Positions 58,814 through 64,000 of a DNA stretch of 64,000 nucleotides are shown in pieces. Numbering within the stretch: position 1 is the first letter of the stretch; every line of letters begins with the position of its first letter. Source of the DNA: an uncultured Gemmatimonadota bacterium (GTDB lineage: Bacteria > JAAXHH01). Below the pieces are notes generated by a model that ran no database searches, was not told the DNA's origin, and saw nothing but the letters and a program-made list of their open reading frames with translations. The position numbers were made by a program, and so were the translations under genes. The DNA lies in contig OX638340.1 of NCBI GenBank assembly GCA_951812955.1, forward strand, positions 672,001 to 736,000. Reading direction: 5' to 3'.

Positions 58814-60118
58814 TTAGAATCCATTATCCCCGGGCAGGACCGCCGACCGCTGACCGATACGCCGCATGCGTTCATCCAGCAGCCTTTTGAGCTGATTCAA
58901 CTTGAGCCGGTGGGCCGCAAGTTCCATTTCGTGTTCCAGGATCATTTGCTGGATTAGATTGGGATCTTCACTGGGCAGGGGATCGTCCGCATCATCTTCG
59001 ACGAGTAAAGGCGAGGCGGGGGCATTCAGCAGTTTCGGCTGAGGCGCGAGAACCGTGTTCACCGTCTTTTCCGTATCTCCCCGCAGGTACGTGATTTCGA
59101 TCCGGGTGCCCACCGGTAGCGCGGTCACGAATTCTGCAAGGACAATGGGATGGTTCATCGGGACACCGTTTACAGCCTGCAGAATATCGCCCTTGCGCAG
59201 ACCGATCTTCATGGCCGGGCTATCGGGATATACATCAGAAACGACCATACCTTCTCCGGCGCCCAGCATGATATTGCGGTCGCCGCCGACATTGATGCTG
59301 TCCCAGATTTTCTCCACGTACACACCCAGCCAGCTCCGGCGGATCTCACCGTATTCGATGAGCTGTCTGGCGAAGGTCTTTACGCGGTTGATGGGAATGA
59401 CCGAAATCAATCCTCCGTCATTTCCTCCACTAAAGTGCTCCGACAGGGAGGTCTGTGCCCCCTGGGAATCGGCCACGAGACCGAGCAGGCGACCGTTCGT
59501 TGAAAACACGGCGCCGCCGGTGTAACCTCCGCCGACCACTGCGCTGACCTGCAACATGACATCTTCTTCCCTTACCCCGTTCACGATTCCCGTCGTCATC
59601 GAGGATGGAAATCCATGGGCGTTATTCAGCACAAGAACCCAGGATCCGGGACGGACGCCATCGGAATCACCGATGCGCGCGGTATGGACCGACACGCTGT
59701 CAACACGGATCACGGCGATATCGGAAAGCCTGTCCACCCCGACGAGTTCGCCGAGGCGGTACTGGCCATCCTGGAAATTCACCAGGATATCGTGGGCATG
59801 ATCCACGACGCCGGCCGTCGTGATGATGAAACCGTCTCTGTGGAGGACAACACCGGTCCCAATGGATCGTTCCCAGTCGGTGAAAGTCTGCCCGTTCACC
59901 GTATTGATGAATTTCCGCTGTACGATCACGCTGGCGATCGTCGGTTCCACGCGTTCAACGAGTCCGACGATCTCTTGTTCCAGGTTATGCAGGTACGGGG
60001 GGGCCTGCGCGTAAGCCCTGGAAGCGGCATAAAGGTGCCCCATACAGCACAGCAGCGCGGCACATATCAGGGGCCGAAAGTGTTCGGTTCCGAGTCGTAT
60101 GGGTTGAGAACCAAGCAT
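58814..60118 (-). CDS. HtrA/DegP-family protein (trypsin-like domain plus PDZ plus C-terminal coiled-coil-like tail) with Thr in place of the catalytic Ser
   Basis: His (VVDHAHDIL) and Asp (LSDIAVIRV) of the triad are present. The oxyanion/nucleophile block reads GGGYTGGAVF (DegP consensus GNSGGAL). Codons verified as ggt tac acc ggc ggc. Confidence 0.75.
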   Translation of the reverse strand: MLGSQPIRLGTEHFRPLICAALLCCMGHLYAASRAYAQAPPYLHNLEQEIVGLVERVEPTIASVIVQRKFINTVNGQTFTDWERSIGTGVVLHRDGFIITTAGVVDHAHDILVNFQDGQYRLGELVGVDRLSDIAVIRVDSVSVHTARIGDSDGVRPGSWVLVLNNAHGFPSSMTTGIVNGVREEDVMLQVSAVVGGGYTGGAVFSTNGRLLGLVADSQGAQTSLSEHFSGGNDGGLISVIPINRVKTFARQLIEYGEIRRSWLGVYVEKIWDSINVGGDRNIMLGAGEGMVVSDVYPDSPAMKIGLRKGDILQAVNGVPMNHPIVLAEFVTALPVGTRIEITYLRGDTEKTVNTVLAPQPKLLNAPASPLLVEDDADDPLPSEDPNLIQQMILEHEMELAAHRLKLNQLKRLLDERMRRIGQRSAVLPGDNGF

Positions 60119-60124
60119 GGTTGG

Positions 60125-61057
60125 TCAGAACGAGATACGGACGCGTCTGAGAGGGGTGGTCGGACCTGACGACCCTTGCGTGTCAGGCGAACCAGGCAAA
60201 CCATATGCTCGCTGTGTTGCGCGAAATTCGGTGGTTCCGACGGGTTGCAGACGTTCCTCCGTCGTCGGTTGATCTATATTGCCGCTGGTATCCAGGCCCC
60301 GGCCGAAGGACTCGCTGAACAGGGATGGATCGAGGCGCATGCCCGTACCTGCCGACACGAATCGGATCCCATGGGTTTTTGGTTCCATGGTCCTGACGGT
60401 CATGATGCCCGGTCTGTTGCCGGTGATTCCGGATGCGTTCAAAGAGAGACTGGATGCAGAAGAAGTGGGGAGAATGGATGCCTGTTCCTGGCTCAGTGCC
60501 GGCTTTACCGCCATGTACGGCGCGAGTTCTCTTTCTAGGGGAAAGGGCGAAATCGGATCGGGGGGTGCAAGTTCGGGTTCAACGGGCGTCGGCAGGGAAA
60601 AGGCCATGGGAGGGGACGGAGACGATTCGGACCGCCCCGTAGGCGCGGACAGTTCCCAGAATCCGCCGATCACGGTTATGGTAAGGATCAGGCTGGTCGC
60701 AAATACCAGTTGAACGGGACGCTGCCGGCTGTGTTCGCCCAGTTCGGCAAAAGCCCCCGATACGCGCCTCCACCAGGAAGCGGCGTACAGTTCACGGGCA
60801 ATTTCCAGGTTCAGCAGATTACCGAGTCGATGATCGAATCCTGGTTGAGGGGATACGGCGGGCAGACTCTTCACGGCCTGTATGGAGCTTTCCATGTCAT
60901 CAATCTTGAGCCGGCACCGTGGACATCCGTTCAGGTGAAACCGTAGTTCGTCTTCGGTTGCCTTCGACAACTGACCGTCCAGGTAGTCGGACATCTTCCG
61001 CTCGTAACCACTACAGTTCAAAATATCCTTCCTCCTCAAAGTATCTCTACCTGCCAC
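60125..61057 (-). CDS. Anti-sigma factor, zf-HC2 type, single-pass
   Basis: ...LNGCPRCRLKIDDMES... zinc-finger, one TM (LVFATSLILTITVIGGFW) and a Pro/Ser-rich periplasmic tail. Its start at 61057 overlaps the ECF gene; an alternative ATG lies at 60994. Confidence 0.65.
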   Translation of the reverse strand: MAGRDTLRRKDILNCSGYERKMSDYLDGQLSKATEDELRFHLNGCPRCRLKIDDMESSIQAVKSLPAVSPQPGFDHRLGNLLNLEIARELYAASWWRRVSGAFAELGEHSRQRPVQLVFATSLILTITVIGGFWELSAPTGRSESSPSPPMAFSLPTPVEPELAPPDPISPFPLERELAPYMAVKPALSQEQASILPTSSASSLSLNASGITGNRPGIMTVRTMEPKTHGIRFVSAGTGMRLDPSLFSESFGRGLDTSGNIDQPTTEERLQPVGTTEFRATQRAYGLPGSPDTQGSSGPTTPLRRVRISF

Positions 61058-61698
61058 TGCCTGAGCATTTCCTGCAGTCTCAGCCGGCCCCGGTTGACCC
61101 GCGACTTGACGGTTCCGGTCGGACAGTGCAGTATCTCGCCGATCTGTTCGTAAGACAGTTCTTCAATATCGCGCAGCACGATCACGGATTTGTATTTCTC
61201 CGGCAGTTGATCGATCGCGTGCTGGATGGCCCTGCCCAGTTCATTCTGCTCCAGGTGATCGCCAGGCCCCGCGTTCTTGTCCGGCAGATCGATTCCTTCC
61301 CTGGTGCTGTTCTCGTGGGGCGACGCGTTCAGGGAGAAGAACTGGCGGCGTTTTCGCTTGCGCAACTCGCTCCGGGCGAGATTGAGCGCGATGGTATAAA
61401 TCCAGGTGGAAAGATTGGAGATCGCCTTGTAGTTGTGGCGGTTCCGGTAGACCCTGAGAAACGTCTCCTGCACCAGGTCTTCCGCGCACTCCATATTGTG
61501 GACCATGCGATAAATGCAATTATACAACCTGGTACGGTATCTTCCGACGATAACTTCGAAAGCGCGCGCATCCTCCCGTTGAACCCGGATGAAAAGCGCT
61601 TCATCCGACAGGGTCAATTCGTCGAGCACCCCTGATTCGATATCGGAGACCTGTACCGCGTTTATATAGGTGTTGTCAGCCATTTTCTTCTCTCCCAT
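61036..61698 (-). CDS. ECF sigma factor (RpoE-like)
   Basis: Region 2 (...AEDLVQETFLRVYRN...) and region 4 (...LSYEQIGEILHCPTGTVKSRVNRGRLRL...). Confidence 0.85.
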   Translation of the reverse strand: MGEKKMADNTYINAVQVSDIESGVLDELTLSDEALFIRVQREDARAFEVIVGRYRTRLYNCIYRMVHNMECAEDLVQETFLRVYRNRHNYKAISNLSTWIYTIALNLARSELRKRKRRQFFSLNASPHENSTREGIDLPDKNAGPGDHLEQNELGRAIQHAIDQLPEKYKSVIVLRDIEELSYEQIGEILHCPTGTVKSRVNRGRLRLQEMLRQWQVEIL

Positions 61699-61802
61699 AC
61701 CACGTTATACGTTGCGCGGAGGGATGGGTTTCAGAAAAAGTGGCCGGTATCCATCACAACCGGATTGATTCCGGCTTGCCGGCCCGCAATGGTCAATTAG
61801 GA

Positions 61803-61831
61803 ATATAGAATACTGCCGGCCGGATGTCAAT
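61803..61831 (-). promoter_or_regulatory. Sigma70-like promoter candidate (TTGACA-17-TATATT on the minus strand) upstream of the ECF sigma operon
   Basis: Reverse complement of 61803-61831 = TTGACAtccggccggcagtattcTATATT. Confidence 0.35.
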
Positions 61832-61838
61832 CGGACCG

Positions 61839-63518
61839 TCATGCCCGCACCTCGCTCACATCGTGTATGGTATACTGATAGCCCTGCTCAGTGAGGAAGA
61901 GCTGACGGTTCACGGCGTAGTCCTGGTCCAGGGTGTTTCGCGTGATGAGCGAGTAGAATATGGCGGCCGAGCCGTCAGCCTTGGGACGGAGGATCCGGCC
62001 CAGACGCTGGGCTTCCTCCTGGCGAGACCCGAAAGTGCCCGATATCTGGATCGCCACGTTGGCGTCCGGCAGGTCGATGGCGAAATTGGCGACTTTGGAC
62101 ACCACGAGGCGTTTGAGTTCACCGTTTCTGAACCGGTTATACAGATCGAGTCGGGCCTGCAGGGGCGTGCTGCCGGTGATCAGGGGGAAATCGAACAACG
62201 CGGCGATCTGCTTGAGCTGTCTCACGTATAGACCGATTATCAGAACCTGGTCCGTCGGATGTTGATCCAGCAGGTTGCGGATGATCTCCGTCTTCCGGCT
62301 GTTTTCCGAGGCGATCCTGAACTTCTCCCTGCGATTGGCCACGGCGTAGGACATGCGCCGTGCTTCGGGCAGGTCTATCCGGATTTCACGGCAGTACGCC
62401 TCCGCGATCCAACCCTGCCGCTCCAGCAGTTTCCAAGGCATGTCGTACCTTCGGGGACCAATGAGGCTGAAGACGTCGTCCTCGCGGCCGTCTTCCCGAA
62501 CCAGCGTAGCGGTCAGCCCGAGGCGCCTTCGGGCCTGGATCTCGGCCGTGAAACGAAAAACCGGGGCCGGCAGCAAGTGAACCTCGTCATAGATGATGAG
62601 GCCCCAGCCCTTCTGGTCGAATAGACCGAAATGCTTGAATTCGTCTCCCCTGCTTTTCCTGTAAGTCAGAATCTGGTATGTGGCCAGTGTTACGGGCCGA
62701 ATCTGTTTCGTTTCACCGGAATACTCACCGATCATATCCTCGGAAAGCGAAGTCTTCCCGATCAGTTCCTCCCGCCACTGCCGCAGTGCCACCGTGTTGG
62801 CCGTAAGTACGAGGGTGTGACATTTCAGGGCGGCCATGGCACCGAGGGCCACGATCGTTTTCCCCGCGCCGCAGGGGAGCACGACGACTCCGTTGCCGCC
62901 CTGCGGTTCGCCGTTCATGTGGAACGCGCCAACGGCGTCCACCTGGTAATCCCTCATGCTGAAGGATTTACGGTCGCCGGGCGTGGTGCGCAAATCGATT
63001 GCCAACGGGGCGCCTTCTACGTAACCCGCCAGATCTTCCACCGGAAATCCGACTTTTATCAGCGCCTGCTTGATGTGGCCGCGGAATCGATCACCCACCC
63101 GGACCCGTCGCTCGTCCAGCGGTTGTGCGAGAAACTGCTTGACCGAGGGCAGCCCGGAAACTTCCGCGATAAGCGCCGCATCGTCGGACTCGAGTATAAG
63201 CTTCCCGTCCTCCTTGCGCAGCCTGAGCTGGCCGTACCGGGCTATGAAATCGACGATCTCGCGGCGGATGTTCTGTGGAATCTCGTACTTGCTCAGGCCT
63301 TCGAGCGACTCGAGCACGCCGTCCGCTTCCATGCCCGCCGAGGCGGCGTTCCACAGTGACAGGGGGCTCAGCCTGTATACGTGGATATGCTCAGGGGACT
63401 TTTCCAGTTCCGCGAATCGCGCCAGCGCATCCCGAGCGTCCTCGTAGCGTGGATGGTCGACTTCGACGAGGATGGTCCGGTCGCTCTGCACGATCAATGG
63501 GTTCTTCAGGTCAGGCAA
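61839..63518 (-). CDS. XPB/Ssl2-like superfamily-2 DNA helicase (bacterial ERCC3 homolog)
   Basis: Walker A ...LPCGAGKT..., DEVH box (...IIYDEVHLLPA...), motif VI (...QEEAQRLGRILR...), and an N-terminal XPB-type damage-recognition-like domain. Confidence 0.85.
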   Translation of the reverse strand: MPDLKNPLIVQSDRTILVEVDHPRYEDARDALARFAELEKSPEHIHVYRLSPLSLWNAASAGMEADGVLESLEGLSKYEIPQNIRREIVDFIARYGQLRLRKEDGKLILESDDAALIAEVSGLPSVKQFLAQPLDERRVRVGDRFRGHIKQALIKVGFPVEDLAGYVEGAPLAIDLRTTPGDRKSFSMRDYQVDAVGAFHMNGEPQGGNGVVVLPCGAGKTIVALGAMAALKCHTLVLTANTVALRQWREELIGKTSLSEDMIGEYSGETKQIRPVTLATYQILTYRKSRGDEFKHFGLFDQKGWGLIIYDEVHLLPAPVFRFTAEIQARRRLGLTATLVREDGREDDVFSLIGPRRYDMPWKLLERQGWIAEAYCREIRIDLPEARRMSYAVANRREKFRIASENSRKTEIIRNLLDQHPTDQVLIIGLYVRQLKQIAALFDFPLITGSTPLQARLDLYNRFRNGELKRLVVSKVANFAIDLPDANVAIQISGTFGSRQEEAQRLGRILRPKADGSAAIFYSLITRNTLDQDYAVNRQLFLTEQGYQYTIHDVSEVRA

Positions 63519-63536
63519 GAATCTCCCCTTTTGGTT

Positions 63537-64000
63537 TCAGCGCTCTGCTGTAGAATCCTGTCCGCCTTTACCGGCCAGAATGCCTGCCAGTTCAGGGCGC
63601 CCAGTCATGAGCCGGCCGCGAACGGTCTCGTATACGTCGTCGACTGCGATGCGCTCCATGCAATCGAAATATGGACAGGCGGTCTCGATACACCGGGGGC
63701 AGGGAGGTACTTCCGGCATCAGGATATCATGATCCCCACCGAAGGGGCCCCAGCGTGCCGGGCTGCATGGTTTTATGGGGCAGAACAACGCAACAGTGGG
63801 CGTTCCCACGGCCGCCGCGACGTGCAGGGGCCCGGTACTGTTCGTGACGCAGAGCGAGGATGCCTGGAGCAACGCCGCCAGTTCCTTGAGGTCGAGTTCT
63901 CCGGCGACACGAATGACCGATTCCGGCAGCGATCCCGCGACCCTTTCGACCAGGTCCCGTTCTCCGGCCGATCCTGTTACAACGACGCGGACGCCGCGCC
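63537..64000 (-). CDS. Glycosyltransferase family 9 (ADP-heptose:LPS heptosyltransferase-like); C-terminal part only, 5' end beyond the window
   Basis: ...VIRVAGELDLKELAALLQASSLCVTNSTGPLHVAAAVGTPTVALF... followed by an unusual Cys-rich tail (PPCPRCIETACPYFDC). The frame is open to the window edge. Confidence 0.7.
   Translation of the reverse strand, partial: RGVRVVVTGSAGERDLVERVAGSLPESVIRVAGELDLKELAALLQASSLCVTNSTGPLHVAAAVGTPTVALFCPIKPCSPARWGPFGGDHDILMPEVPPCPRCIETACPYFDCMERIAVDDVYETVRGRLMTGRPELAGILAGKGGQDSTAER

Noticed and set aside
58085-58957. 290-aa plus-strand ORF spanning the 45-bp repeats
   Set aside because: It lies antisense to the AKR gene for most of its length and reads into the HtrA-like gene. 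The repetitive 'protein' is a consequence of the nucleotide repeat.

Overview
High-GC (roughly 60-65%) bacterial chromosomal window, almost fully coding, most likely from a Gram-negative organism (LPS heptosyltransferase, Cys-type sulfatases, DUF1080, multiheme cytochrome c). I call about 50 protein genes, one tRNA-Phe(GAA) with a consensus sigma70 promoter, and five non-CRISPR tandem-repeat tracts. Housekeeping genes include pyk, ileS, pepA, an NAD-type formate dehydrogenase with a NuoE/NuoF-like fusion subunit, mgtE and an MscS channel. Accessory-looking content: (i) a co-directional block at 27.9-35.9 kb made of a PhyH-dioxygenase/HEAT-repeat fusion, an ABC-2 exporter triad, a SAM methyltransferase, a DUF218-like protein, a second PhyH oxygenase whose first iron-ligand motif reads His-x-Ala instead of His-x-Asp (as in Fe/2OG halogenases) and an enolase-superfamily enzyme. 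This block is my best candidate for an undescribed small-molecule tailoring and export system. (ii) Two ECF sigma / zinc-finger anti-sigma modules: one anti-sigma carries a beta-helical bactofilin-like domain and PVPASS repeats, the other sits beside an HtrA-like protease whose GNSGG nucleophile serine is replaced by threonine. (iii) An AKR-TauE/SafE-sulfatase-MFS operon, plus a second sulfatase that is frameshifted. (iv) A putative amino-acid catabolic island (two class-V aminotransferases, HpcH aldolase, ornithine-cyclodeaminase homolog) whose divergent promoter region carries seven copies of a 19-bp tandem repeat. Many long ORFs in the supplied track are antisense, GC-driven artefacts and are rejected. 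All functional calls rest on motif recognition by eye; no database search was possible.
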